Positions 19,238 through 27,829 are shown, counted from the stretch's first letter. The stretch is DNA of 64,000 bases from Candidatus Saccharimonadales bacterium (GCA_040900055.1 JBBDZU010000002.1:127725-191724), one strand, 5' to 3'. Numbers and translations are program-made. Notes: generated from the letters alone by a model not told the origin.

Positions 19238-19655
19238 AATCTATATTGCAGCTCGAGCCAAATATAGGGCCAATGAAATAGCCAAAATCCAAAAACAACT
19301 CCAGAACATGGACCACGAAATTACCTATGATTGGCCTGCCGGCAATATTGAAGTTAAAAAACCTTATAGGGATTCCGAAAGCAGGAAACATAATCTCTCA
19401 CACATGCAAGAGTGTTTAGAGGCGGCCAAAAGAGCAGACATCTTTATTTTAATAGATGATGAAGGGTTGCGCGGAGCCTATGTCGAATACGGTGCTTTCT
19501 TGGCAGATTGTCTGAAGCGGCCCAATGGCCGACGAGCGTATATTGTAGGCAAAGATTCGCACCAAAGGGAATCGATATTCGAAAGCCCCCAGTTTGTAAA
19601 GTTTGTAGATACAATAGAAGAGGTCTACGAAGACTTAAGGATCACAAATGCGTGA
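19230..19655 (+). CDS. nucleoside 2-deoxyribosyltransferase-like protein
   Basis: 141 aa. KIYIAA N-terminus and ADIFILIDDEGLRGAYVEYGAFLA, which resembles the NDT/Rcl catalytic-Glu region. 8-nt overlaps with both neighbours. Confidence 0.5.
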   Translation: MAKIYIAARAKYRANEIAKIQKQLQNMDHEITYDWPAGNIEVKKPYRDSESRKHNLSHMQECLEAAKRADIFILIDDEGLRGAYVEYGAFLADCLKRPNGRRAYIVGKDSHQRESIFESPQFVKFVDTIEEVYEDLRITNA

Positions 19656-20202
19656 GATACTTCTTCCTCCTGAAGATATTAATGCTGATGTTAGTGACTA
19701 TGGTCAAAACCTAAGGTCCTTTGCAGAAACTTATGATATTCCCAGAGGCCTTTTGGCTGAACCCGATCATATGGTTATAAAGTCTGCGGATCCAGTAGAT
19801 TTCGCCGATAAAGCCCGGGCTATCCGACCATGGACTGAAGAAGAGAGGATAGTGTTTATGGAAGTTAACTCTCGTTTCTTGGTAGCCGCGGAGGTTATAA
19901 CGCCATGGGCGGTAGGTCACAATTGGGTTAATTGGCTGGAAATTATGGAGCCCCGGCAGGAGGTTGGTCGTGACTTTATAGGTTTAGAGTATGCCCAATT
20001 TTATTATTCGGATATAGATTACGCTGGGATACTACTTAACTCTAGAAATTTAGAGGTCGAATTCTATACTGACGAAGGCCGCAATTGGCGGTGGCTCAAT
20101 GTCAAAATTAACCAAGTGGGTCAGGAATTTAGACTGTCCGATACAAAATTGGTCGAAATAATTGGAGTAGAGCTAGAAGACGGCACAGCAAGACTTATAT
20201 AG
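19648..20202 (+). CDS. hypothetical protein (possibly YecM/VOC-like)
   Basis: 184 aa. Weak pattern similarity only (DHMVIKS..., WLEIMEP, GLEYAQF). Translationally coupled within the polA operon. Confidence 0.4.
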   Translation: MREILLPPEDINADVSDYGQNLRSFAETYDIPRGLLAEPDHMVIKSADPVDFADKARAIRPWTEEERIVFMEVNSRFLVAAEVITPWAVGHNWVNWLEIMEPRQEVGRDFIGLEYAQFYYSDIDYAGILLNSRNLEVEFYTDEGRNWRWLNVKINQVGQEFRLSDTKLVEIIGVELEDGTARLI

Positions 20203-20619
20203 ATGATAAAGGCTATAATCTTTGATTTTTACGGTGTTTTGAATGAAGAAATGAATCCGAACCAGCGGCTGCTAGCCTATATCAAGACCGCACTAAAGCC
20301 GAAATACAAATTAGGAATCATCTCGAACGCAGTTGATGATTTTATGTACCAAATAGTTGAGGAGGCGATGCTTAGGGAGATCTTTGACGGTATTGTTGTA
20401 TCCCATCAGGTGGGTGTAGCTAAACCAGAAGCTGCAGTTTACCAAAAATCACTGCAAAATTTGGGAGTTAGAGCCGAAGAGGCGGTATTTATTGATGATA
20501 CTGAAGTTTTCTGCCAGGCTGCTCGCGCTGTGGGTATGAAGGCGATTTATTATCAAAATTTTGAGCAGATGAAAAAAGAACTCGAGAACCTACTAAATGG
20601 TGCCGGTTCTAATAATTAG
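20203..20619 (+). CDS. HAD-superfamily hydrolase (subfamily IA-like, short)
   Basis: 138 aa. IIFDFYGVL motif I, ISNA motif II and FIDD motif IV. Confidence 0.7.
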   Translation: MIKAIIFDFYGVLNEEMNPNQRLLAYIKTALKPKYKLGIISNAVDDFMYQIVEEAMLREIFDGIVVSHQVGVAKPEAAVYQKSLQNLGVRAEEAVFIDDTEVFCQAARAVGMKAIYYQNFEQMKKELENLLNGAGSNN

Positions 20620-20835
20620 GCGCTTTTTAATGCCGCAAGTGGCAATTAATTGGCCCTGTTCCAAGTGTAGAGTGGCGGCTAAGGCTGAATTAGACACGGC
20701 GATAATTAGAACGTCACCCTGAATTTTGACATAGCAGTTGCTTTGGTAGCGCCGTTTGATATATTCCCGGACGGCTTTAAATTCATCTGGCGGTGTAAAT
20801 TTTTTCTGGCCTAAAATTTCGCCCAAACTATCCAT
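20593..20835 (-). CDS. DUF721/DciA-like small protein
   Basis: Start set at MDSLGEIL, 6 nt downstream of a TATACT box. LIIAVSNSALAATLHLE resembles DUF721. Confidence 0.4.
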   Translation of the reverse strand: MDSLGEILGQKKFTPPDEFKAVREYIKRRYQSNCYVKIQGDVLIIAVSNSALAATLHLEQGQLIATCGIKKRLIIRTGTI

Positions 20836-20889
20836 ACGCCTAGTATACAACTTGCACTATAGGCAGAACTGTGCTATAATATACGTGTT

Positions 20890-21897
20890 ATGGCAGAAAA
20901 AGCCTATTCGATCGAAAATCAAAAAAACCAAGAACAGCAAAAAGAAACGTCGTTCGACAGTGGCAGTGTTGAATACTCAGTGATTACTTCGAGTGATTCG
21001 GGATTCAATCCTGTCTTAATTGTGCCGGGCTTTACTATTGGGCGTTCTGTCCAGCGAGATTTTGCCACCGAGCTTAGCAGAACCGGCCACCGTAAAGTAG
21101 TCTTTACTGAGCAGCCGTATTTGCGAAAGCTTCAAAGTAGAAAGCCTGTTATTGATAGGCATGCTGAAGCAATTTTAGCGATTATTGAGCAAGAAGGGTG
21201 GGCCGAGCGTCCGGTGGATTTCATAGCTCACTCTATGGGAGCAATTATTTTTACTCGAGCAGCTGAATTAGCACACGAGAGAGGCTATAATTCTTTTGAC
21301 TCCGAACAAGGATCGAATGTAGTTTTCGTGTCGCCTGCTGGTAGTAACGAAAAAGAGAGCCTACTTTTTTTAACGCGCCGATTTGGAAGATTTACATTGG
21401 GGGAGCGATTGGTAGCGTCTGAACTAGACCCCACAGGGGAATGGATGAGGGCAGGCGCCAGAAATTTTATTAAAAAGCCAGGTAAGACCCTTAGGGAGAT
21501 AAATACTTTAAGACACCCGGAAAGAATGTATAGGCGTCTGGGGGAATTAGGGATTCATCCATTAGCCCTAGGCTATAATAACGACTCTTTAATGCCATTT
21601 AGTGCGGCTGAAACTACTTTTATGAACGAAGAGCTTTCTCTCCGAGGGTATGCTGTGCCGGTGGACTCTTCGCCAGTTCCGAAAGGAGCAACTCGAGGCA
21701 TAAGCTTCTCGAGCTTTCGCAAATTAACTGGCTTAAGTAAAAAAGCGGCCAAGAAGGCTTGGGCTCATAGCTTGTTAAATGCTGGCCACAACGACCTATT
21801 ATTTCATCCAAAAAGAACGGCAAATGCAGCTTTGCAGATTCTAGATCGAAAAATTGTTGGACCAGACATTAATTTACCCCTGGGCAAGCGCGGTTAA
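20890..21897 (+). CDS. alpha/beta-fold hydrolase
   Basis: 335 aa. Nucleophile elbow AHSMG and LIVPGFT near the N-terminus. TGCTATAAT box 9 nt upstream of the ATG. Confidence 0.65.
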   Translation: MAEKAYSIENQKNQEQQKETSFDSGSVEYSVITSSDSGFNPVLIVPGFTIGRSVQRDFATELSRTGHRKVVFTEQPYLRKLQSRKPVIDRHAEAILAIIEQEGWAERPVDFIAHSMGAIIFTRAAELAHERGYNSFDSEQGSNVVFVSPAGSNEKESLLFLTRRFGRFTLGERLVASELDPTGEWMRAGARNFIKKPGKTLREINTLRHPERMYRRLGELGIHPLALGYNNDSLMPFSAAETTFMNEELSLRGYAVPVDSSPVPKGATRGISFSSFRKLTGLSKKAAKKAWAHSLLNAGHNDLLFHPKRTANAALQILDRKIVGPDINLPLGKRG

Positions 21898-21941
21898 AGC
21901 TACAATCGACAGGCTTTAGCCACTCTGCCATACTTTAGCCT

Positions 21942-22817
21942 ATGCCGGAGTTACCAGAGGTAGAGACAATTCGAATTGGTCTGTCCAAACTTTTGCCCAG
22001 GAAAGTTATTGCCGACGTTTGGCACGATTGGCATAAATCTTTTCCCAATGCCCCCTCTGATGTAGCCCGTTTTATGATAAACGCCGAAGTTACCAGTGTT
22101 CGTAGACGTGCTAAGGTATTAATAATTGAATTTTCAAGCGATTATTCACTAGTAATTCACCTTAAAATGACCGGGCAAATGGTATTTGACGGCAAAAAAC
22201 GCTTTGGAGCAGGCCATCCAACTAAAAGCTTACTGGCCAAATTGCCAGACAAAAGTACGCGGGTGATTATTGATTTTACAGATGGCTCTAAACTTTTTTT
22301 CAATGATCAGCGGAAGTTTGGTTGGATGCGCTTAATTCCGACCATCCAAGTTCCAGAAATTGATTTTTTTATGAAGGTAGGGCCAGAACCGCTAGATGAT
22401 GATTTTACTATTGATAGGTTTATCGAACGTTTAATGACCCGCCCAAACAGTAATATTAAAGCGGTTTTACTTGATCAATCAGTGCTGGCGGGTGTTGGCA
22501 ACATCTACGCTGACGAGGCCCTGCATGTCGCCAAAATACACCCGGCTACTTTGGTATCAGCTATCCCCAAAATGAAGCTGGTAACCCTATATAATGGCTT
22601 GCGCGATGTTTTGAATATGAGCATAAAACAAGGGGGTAGTACCGATAGGAATTTTGTTGATGTCAAAGGGCAAGCCGGCAGTTATTTAGCATTTGCGCAG
22701 GTATTTAGAAAGCAGGGGCAGCCGTGCCCCCGCTGTGGCAGTGATATAGTTAAAATTCGGGTGGCCGGTAGAGGGACGCATCTTTGTCCGAACTGCCAGA
22801 AGGCACCAAGGAAGTGA
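21942..22817 (+). CDS. mutM: formamidopyrimidine-DNA glycosylase
   Basis: 291 aa. MPELPEVE N-terminus, H2TH region and C-terminal CPRCG...CPNCQ zinc finger. Confidence 0.93.
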   Translation: MPELPEVETIRIGLSKLLPRKVIADVWHDWHKSFPNAPSDVARFMINAEVTSVRRRAKVLIIEFSSDYSLVIHLKMTGQMVFDGKKRFGAGHPTKSLLAKLPDKSTRVIIDFTDGSKLFFNDQRKFGWMRLIPTIQVPEIDFFMKVGPEPLDDDFTIDRFIERLMTRPNSNIKAVLLDQSVLAGVGNIYADEALHVAKIHPATLVSAIPKMKLVTLYNGLRDVLNMSIKQGGSTDRNFVDVKGQAGSYLAFAQVFRKQGQPCPRCGSDIVKIRVAGRGTHLCPNCQKAPRK

Positions 22818-23728
22818 TAATCAGTCTAAGCGGTACCAATTCGTTTGCTGTTAAGCATCGTTTGGACGAACTGACTTCTAAATTTAAGGCCTCACATGGT
22901 GACTTCGGCCTTGAGCGAATTGATGGGGAAGAAGTCGAACTACCAGCCGTTTTAGAAGCTGTTTCTAATCTACCGCTGCTATCTAAACGCAAGATGGTGG
23001 TACTTAGAAGCTTGGGTGCTAACAAAGCCGCTGCCGACCATATTGAACAAATAATTAGTTCAACCAGTGAAAGTTGTGACTTGATTTTTTATGAGCCGAC
23101 GGTGGATAAGCGCACAACCTATTTTAAGGTGTTAAAAGACCGCACTCAACTAGAAGAACATAGCGAAATTACCGGAGCCGAATTAGCAAAATGGCTAGTG
23201 GATACAGCAAAAAATGCTGGTGCCGAGCTGTCTTTTGCAGACGCCAATTACCTAATTGAGCGGGTAGGACCAAACCAAGCATTACTCGCCAAAGAATTGG
23301 AAAAGCTACTTACTTACCAACTCAAAATCTCTAAGGATCAAATTGATCTGTTAACAAACCCAAACCCAGGATCCCGCATATTTGACTTACTTGATGCCGC
23401 TTTTAGTCGTCAAAAACAAAAAGCCCTAAAGCTATATGACGAACAACGGGCCCAAAAGGTAGAACCGCAGGCGATACTTGCTCTAATTGCTTGGCAGCTA
23501 TCTCTGCTAGCTTACGTAAAGTATGGCGAGGGACGGACGGCTTCGGAAATTGCCCAAAACAGTGGCGGCAGCCCATACCCCATTACCAAGGCGCAAAGAT
23601 TGGCCGCCAAAATAACTGTTCCCCAGCTAAAGAATATTGTGTCTGAAGCCCTAGAGATTGATAAACAAGCCAAAACCAGCCCAATTGACCTGGATGAAGC
23701 TCTAAAAAATTATATTACTGCGCTTTAG
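22784..23728 (+). CDS. holA: DNA polymerase III delta subunit
   Basis: 314 aa with a HolA-like pattern. The start is uncertain; a GTG at 22814 overlapping the mutM stop is an alternative. Confidence 0.75.
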   Translation: MSELPEGTKEVIISLSGTNSFAVKHRLDELTSKFKASHGDFGLERIDGEEVELPAVLEAVSNLPLLSKRKMVVLRSLGANKAAADHIEQIISSTSESCDLIFYEPTVDKRTTYFKVLKDRTQLEEHSEITGAELAKWLVDTAKNAGAELSFADANYLIERVGPNQALLAKELEKLLTYQLKISKDQIDLLTNPNPGSRIFDLLDAAFSRQKQKALKLYDEQRAQKVEPQAILALIAWQLSLLAYVKYGEGRTASEIAQNSGGSPYPITKAQRLAAKITVPQLKNIVSEALEIDKQAKTSPIDLDEALKNYITAL

Positions 23729-24083
23729 CAGGCTTTTTCTTAGTAGCAGTCCTAGGTGCCGATTTAGTAGCGGCAGCTTTTTTGGGAGCGGGCTTTTTGA
23801 TAGCAGCTTTAGTCGGCTTAAAACCGGCAGATTTAGCCAAAGATGCGAGTTTGGCTTTTTGGCGAGCAGCTTTATTCTTGTGAATTATTGATTTTTTGAC
23901 AGCCATATCTAAAGCACTTACGGCATTTGCTTGGGCTTTACCAATATCTGCCGATTTACCAGATGAAACAGCCTCGGAAAATGCTCTAACCGCCGAACGA
24001 AGGGTCCGCTTGGTTTTTAGGTTGCGGCTTCTGGCCTTAGCGGCAATTTTAACGCGCTTTTTGGCCGATTTTATAATTGGCAT
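23715..24083 (-). CDS. rpsT: 30S ribosomal protein S20 with Lys/Ala-rich C-terminal extension
   Basis: 122 aa. MPIIKSAKKR N-terminus. The C-terminal ~35 aa are KKPAPKKAAATK-like. Confidence 0.9.
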   Translation of the reverse strand: MPIIKSAKKRVKIAAKARSRNLKTKRTLRSAVRAFSEAVSSGKSADIGKAQANAVSALDMAVKKSIIHKNKAARQKAKLASLAKSAGFKPTKAAIKKPAPKKAAATKSAPRTATKKKPAKAQ

Positions 24084-24091
24084 GGAGCTTC

Positions 24092-24120
24092 ACTATATAG
24101 ACGGTCAAACATTTTGTCAA
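24092..24120 (-). promoter_or_regulatory. rpsT promoter, apparently leaderless
   Basis: On the minus strand: TTGACA, 17-nt spacer, TATAGT. The -10 box ends 8 nt before the ATG and there is no SD. Confidence 0.5.
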
Positions 24121-24238
24121 AGGTGTAGAGGGGGCTTCTGTAAGGAGATAGCGCTATTGCTTAAGGTTTAAGCTTATGCTAATCTGACCCTAAGAGACGC
24201 CAAGTATCAAAATTAAAACTTTTTAAGCTTAAGCCAGT

Positions 24239-25693
24239 ATGGAAAATCCCGCTAAACAACAGACAATTGATCGGGTAAAACAAGCCAATAATATTTTAGT
24301 GACGGTTAGCACAAACCCATCGGTAGACCAGCTGTCGGCTTGCATTGGCCTGACCTTGCTACTTAATCGATTAGGTAAACATGCTACGGCGGTCTTTTCT
24401 GGCAATGTACCCTCGACTTTGGAATTTTTACAACCGGAAAAAACTATAGAAACAACCACTGATAGTCTGCGTGATTTTATAATTTCACTAGATAAAGCCA
24501 AGGCCGATAAACTGCGCTACAAAGTCGAAGATCAGGTCGTTAAAATCTTTATTACTCCTTATAAAACCAGTTTAAGCGAAAAAGATTTAGTCTTTAGCCA
24601 GGGTGAATACAATGTCGAGGCCGTACTGGCGCTGGGAATTAAGAACCGCACCGAAATTGACGCTGCCATAACTGCCCACGGCCGTATACTGCACGACGCT
24701 ACCGTAATTTCGCTTAACGCTGGTGCGGGCAAGGCTCCAGACTTGGGTCAAATAAACTGGCAAGACAGCGCCGCTAGCAGTTTATGCGAGATGATTGTCA
24801 GTTTAAGCGAAGCCTTTGGCTCTGGCTTAATTGATAATCAAATGGCTACGGCCTTTTTGACCGGCATTGTGGCCGAAACCAAGCGCTTTTCTAACAATAA
24901 GACTTCCTCAAAAGTTATGACAATTTCAGCCCAGTTAATGGCGGCTGGAGCCAATCAGCAATTGATAGTCTCTAAGCTGGAGCCGCCCGTACAAGTCTAT
25001 GGGGGCTCGGCAAAAGCTGTGCCCAAACCCAGGCAACCGGCTGCTACTCCAGCCGGCACTTTGAGCATTTCGCATGACGAAAAAAAAGCGGACGAAGATC
25101 AAGAAGTTCAAATCGATTCGACCGAGATTCACATTGATGAACAGGGGAATCTAAAGACAGCTGGAGACTTAATGACTAAAGCGCCTGTCCCAAAGCCACC
25201 TTTGCCGCCGCCTCCACCGCCACCACCGCAGCCTACAAAACCACCCACCCCACCCTCCGATATGCCCGGCCAGCACACTTTGCTGGATCCCGAAAACCGC
25301 CCGCCAACCATGGGAACGCCATTTAGCGCTAACACTGAGCCAGCCTGGTATGACCCCTATGACACCGTCCCCAGCGACCCGTTGAGTGAGACAACGCGCC
25401 CCGGAGGGGGAATTGTTGGTCAAGATACCCCGCCTGCAGTTAGCGATGCACGCAGCGCCGTAGAAAATGCCATAGCTAAAGGCTCGTCGGCGCCGGTTTT
25501 TCCAGATTTGGCCGATACCCCGGCTATTGACGACGACCCGCCAACCCCGAAACCGGCCATTCCAAACGGTACGCCAAGCCTTAGCCTGCCCACCAATGGG
25601 CAACTACCTACCGAGCAAAAAGCCGATATAGCGCCGCCGGCTCCACCACCACTGCCTCCACCTTTGATGACGCAGCCCCCAGACCCAAAGTAG
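24239..25693 (+). CDS. DHH/NrnA-like protein with degenerate catalytic motifs and a Pro-rich C-terminal half
   Basis: 484 aa. The N-terminal layout resembles DHH subfamily 1, but STNPSVD replaces HxxPDGD. The C-terminal half contains poly-Pro tracts. Confidence 0.45.
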   Translation: MENPAKQQTIDRVKQANNILVTVSTNPSVDQLSACIGLTLLLNRLGKHATAVFSGNVPSTLEFLQPEKTIETTTDSLRDFIISLDKAKADKLRYKVEDQVVKIFITPYKTSLSEKDLVFSQGEYNVEAVLALGIKNRTEIDAAITAHGRILHDATVISLNAGAGKAPDLGQINWQDSAASSLCEMIVSLSEAFGSGLIDNQMATAFLTGIVAETKRFSNNKTSSKVMTISAQLMAAGANQQLIVSKLEPPVQVYGGSAKAVPKPRQPAATPAGTLSISHDEKKADEDQEVQIDSTEIHIDEQGNLKTAGDLMTKAPVPKPPLPPPPPPPPQPTKPPTPPSDMPGQHTLLDPENRPPTMGTPFSANTEPAWYDPYDTVPSDPLSETTRPGGGIVGQDTPPAVSDARSAVENAIAKGSSAPVFPDLADTPAIDDDPPTPKPAIPNGTPSLSLPTNGQLPTEQKADIAPPAPPPLPPPLMTQPPDPK

Positions 25694-25708
25694 CTATACT
25701 TATCGCTA

Positions 25709-26458
25709 GTGGATGGCATTTTACTGCTTGATAAACCAGTCGGCTGGACTTCTCACGACGTAGTTGCCATGGTGCGCAAAACACTGCGCACAGCTCTTAG
25801 CGATAAGCAGTTAGCCGTTAGCCAAAAGCAAAGTGCCAACAGCCAGCAGCTAACAGCTCCTTCAGCTAAGCTGAAGGTAGGCCACACCGGTACGTTGGAT
25901 CCGATGGCCAGCGGCTTATTGGTGTTAGTTTTAGGTAGTTATACTAAGCGTGCTAGTGAGTTTTCCAAATTAGATAAAACTTATGAGGCTGAGCTAACTT
26001 TGGGAGCGGTCAGTACCACTGGCGACTCTGAAGGGGAAATCCGCCCTAAGTCAGGCCGTGAGCCGACACTGGCAGACATCACGAGAGCCCTCTCTGAATT
26101 AACGGGGCAGATTCAACAAACGCCGCATATCTATAGCGCGGTTAAAGTTGGCGGGCAAAGGTCGTATAAACTGGCGCGACAAGGCAAAGCAGTAAAGCTG
26201 GAGCCGCGCAAGGTTAAAGTGCATAGCTTAGCCGTTACAGGCTATAGGTATCCAAAACTCCAGATTTTAACAGAGGTAAGCAGTGGCACTTACATTCGTT
26301 CCTTGGCCGAAGATATTGGGCAAAAAGTAGGCTCCGGTGCCTACTTAACAGCCCTCCGACGCACGAAAATCGGTAATTTTGACGTTAATGATAGCTTATT
26401 TACAGAGAAGATAAACCAGAAAGATATAGAAAAAGCTATTGCTTTAACTATAGTTTAG
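25709..26458 (+). CDS. truB: tRNA pseudouridine(55) synthase
   Basis: 249 aa. GILLLDKP and GHTGTLDPMASG motifs. GTG start. Carries an insertion of about 25 aa before the GHTG motif. Confidence 0.9.
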   Translation: MDGILLLDKPVGWTSHDVVAMVRKTLRTALSDKQLAVSQKQSANSQQLTAPSAKLKVGHTGTLDPMASGLLVLVLGSYTKRASEFSKLDKTYEAELTLGAVSTTGDSEGEIRPKSGREPTLADITRALSELTGQIQQTPHIYSAVKVGGQRSYKLARQGKAVKLEPRKVKVHSLAVTGYRYPKLQILTEVSSGTYIRSLAEDIGQKVGSGAYLTALRRTKIGNFDVNDSLFTEKINQKDIEKAIALTIV

Positions 26459-26467
26459 TGATATAAT
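26459..26467 (+). promoter_or_regulatory. extended -10 promoter (TGATATAAT)
   Basis: Lies directly after the truB stop. It now drives the GC-rich inserted gene and probably rpsO as well. Confidence 0.5.
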
Positions 26468-26535
26468 AGTGTTAATCTGTTGAGCTAAAGCTCCAGAGGT
26501 GGCTCTTTGACATGTGTTACAACAAAAGGAGAGAG

Positions 26536-27273
26536 ATGACGAGAGTATTGCTCATCGTCTGCTTGCTCGGTGTGCTGGCTCTGCCGGCTACCGCATTGGC
26601 GGATGACGGCGAGATGCCGCCGCCGTGCGACAACACCATCCCCGGCAACGTTTGCCCGCAGGGGCCGCCGCCGGAGATCATCGTCAAGCTGTCTGGACGA
26701 CTGCCTGTGGGCGGCTGGAAGATCCGGCAGACGCGGATCGACCCCCTCTACAGCCAGGTCGCCTCGACCATCTCCGGGGTGAGTAACGCTCAGGTGCGTT
26801 GCTGGAGCGAGGCCGACTGGGCCTTTCTGGGTCCGTACTTCGGCTCCCCCTACGCCTTCGTGCTAACCGTGGCAGTAAGCCAGTTCTGGAACGGGGACAT
26901 CACGGGGATTCCGGACGACAAGGCACACTTCTCGCCCGAGATCTGTGCCCAGCTTGATCTGATGACCTACGGTCATAAGCGGCCGCGGGTCCTCAACACC
27001 AAGGTGCTAATGGCCAATGCGCTGAACGCTCTGGCGCACGAGCCGTGGCACATCGCGGGTGTGATGGACGAAATGGTGGCGCAGTGCTATGCGCTGCAGT
27101 CCATCGAGCAGGTCGGCATCATGATTGGTCTTCCACGCGTGTACGCGCACGAAATGGGACAAGTCGCGTGGAAGTACATCCAAACGACTGCTCCGCTCTT
27201 CTACCAGAACCCCCGTGCCTGCCGAGATGGTGGCCCTCTGGACCGCAACACCGGTCTAGGTTGGCCGTCGTAA
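26536..27273 (+). CDS. secreted HExxH-motif protein (putative metallopeptidase), GC-rich foreign gene
   Basis: Signal peptide MTRVLLIVCLLGVLALPATALA and HEPWH motif. About 60% GC against about 48% background. AAAGGAGAGAG SD. Confidence 0.6.
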   Translation: MTRVLLIVCLLGVLALPATALADDGEMPPPCDNTIPGNVCPQGPPPEIIVKLSGRLPVGGWKIRQTRIDPLYSQVASTISGVSNAQVRCWSEADWAFLGPYFGSPYAFVLTVAVSQFWNGDITGIPDDKAHFSPEICAQLDLMTYGHKRPRVLNTKVLMANALNALAHEPWHIAGVMDEMVAQCYALQSIEQVGIMIGLPRVYAHEMGQVAWKYIQTTAPLFYQNPRACRDGGPLDRNTGLGWPS

Positions 27274-27294
27274 ACCCCCAACGTCAAAGAGCTC

Positions 27295-27315
27295 GGGGAG
27301 ACCGCAAGTCTCCCC
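27295..27315 (+). terminator. GC hairpin without U-tract after the HExxH gene
   Basis: GGGGAGAC-CGCAA-GTCTCCCC, an 8-bp stem 22 nt after the stop. Confidence 0.4.
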
Positions 27316-27402
27316 GCAGTTCCCAAGTCAATTAAATCTAGTTGATTTAGGAATTGAATCGATTGCCAAAACCCCTCTAATCTGTTAAGCTGTTAGCCAA
27401 GA

Positions 27403-27669
27403 ATGGTAACAGGTGAGAAGAAGGCCAAGGTCGCCTTAGAGCTTGGCGCGCATAAGAAAGACAGCGGTTCTTCGGCTGTCCAGGTTGGCATTTTGACGGC
27501 CCGCATCGCCGAACTTACTGTTCACATGAAGACCCATAAGCATGACTTTGCGGCTCGCCGAAACTTACTGCAATTAGTTGGCAAGCGAAAGCGCCTATTA
27601 AAGTACATAGCCGAACATGACGGCGAAGCATACCTAACCCTTATTAAAAAGCTGGGCATCAGGCGTTAG
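27403..27669 (+). CDS. rpsO: 30S ribosomal protein S15
   Basis: 88 aa. Typical S15 sequence (HDFAARRNLLQLVGKRKRLLKY). Confidence 0.95.
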   Translation: MVTGEKKAKVALELGAHKKDSGSSAVQVGILTARIAELTVHMKTHKHDFAARRNLLQLVGKRKRLLKYIAEHDGEAYLTLIKKLGIRR

Positions 27670-27681
27670 AGTCTGGACCAT

Positions 27682-27808
27682 GGACGCAAAGATTATTTGT
27701 GTCCAAGATCTAGAATCTAAATTCTAGGATTAATAAATAACGGATATTGTACGTGGCAGAGCACAGCTATCTCAAATTTTAGAAGAGATATCTGAACCCT
27801 GCGACGTA
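27682..27808 (+). promoter_or_regulatory. structured rpsO-pnp intergenic leader
   Basis: Hairpin GGACGCAAA/TTTGTGTCC (27682-27704). Long bipartite hairpin TACGTGGCAG...CTGCGACGTA with inner TATCTC/GAGATA (27750-27808). The position is analogous to the RNase III-processed pnp leader. Confidence 0.4.
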
Positions 27809-27829
27809 TAAAAGTCGAGGAGACATTTT

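Noticed and set aside
24935-25719. Several minus-strand ORFs (65-144 aa) opposite the Pro-rich C-terminus of the 24239 gene
   Set aside because: They are Gly/Arg/Trp-rich translations of the complement of poly-Pro codons. These are artefacts of low-complexity sequence.
26570-27335. Alternative-frame ORFs (70 and 96 aa) inside the GC-rich HExxH gene. Similar ORFs occur at 41522-42055, 57268-57604 and 59363-60085.
   Set aside because: High GC suppresses stop codons in off-frames. The products are Arg/Pro/Gly-rich and lack start signals. The main frames have signal peptides, SDs and recognisable motifs.
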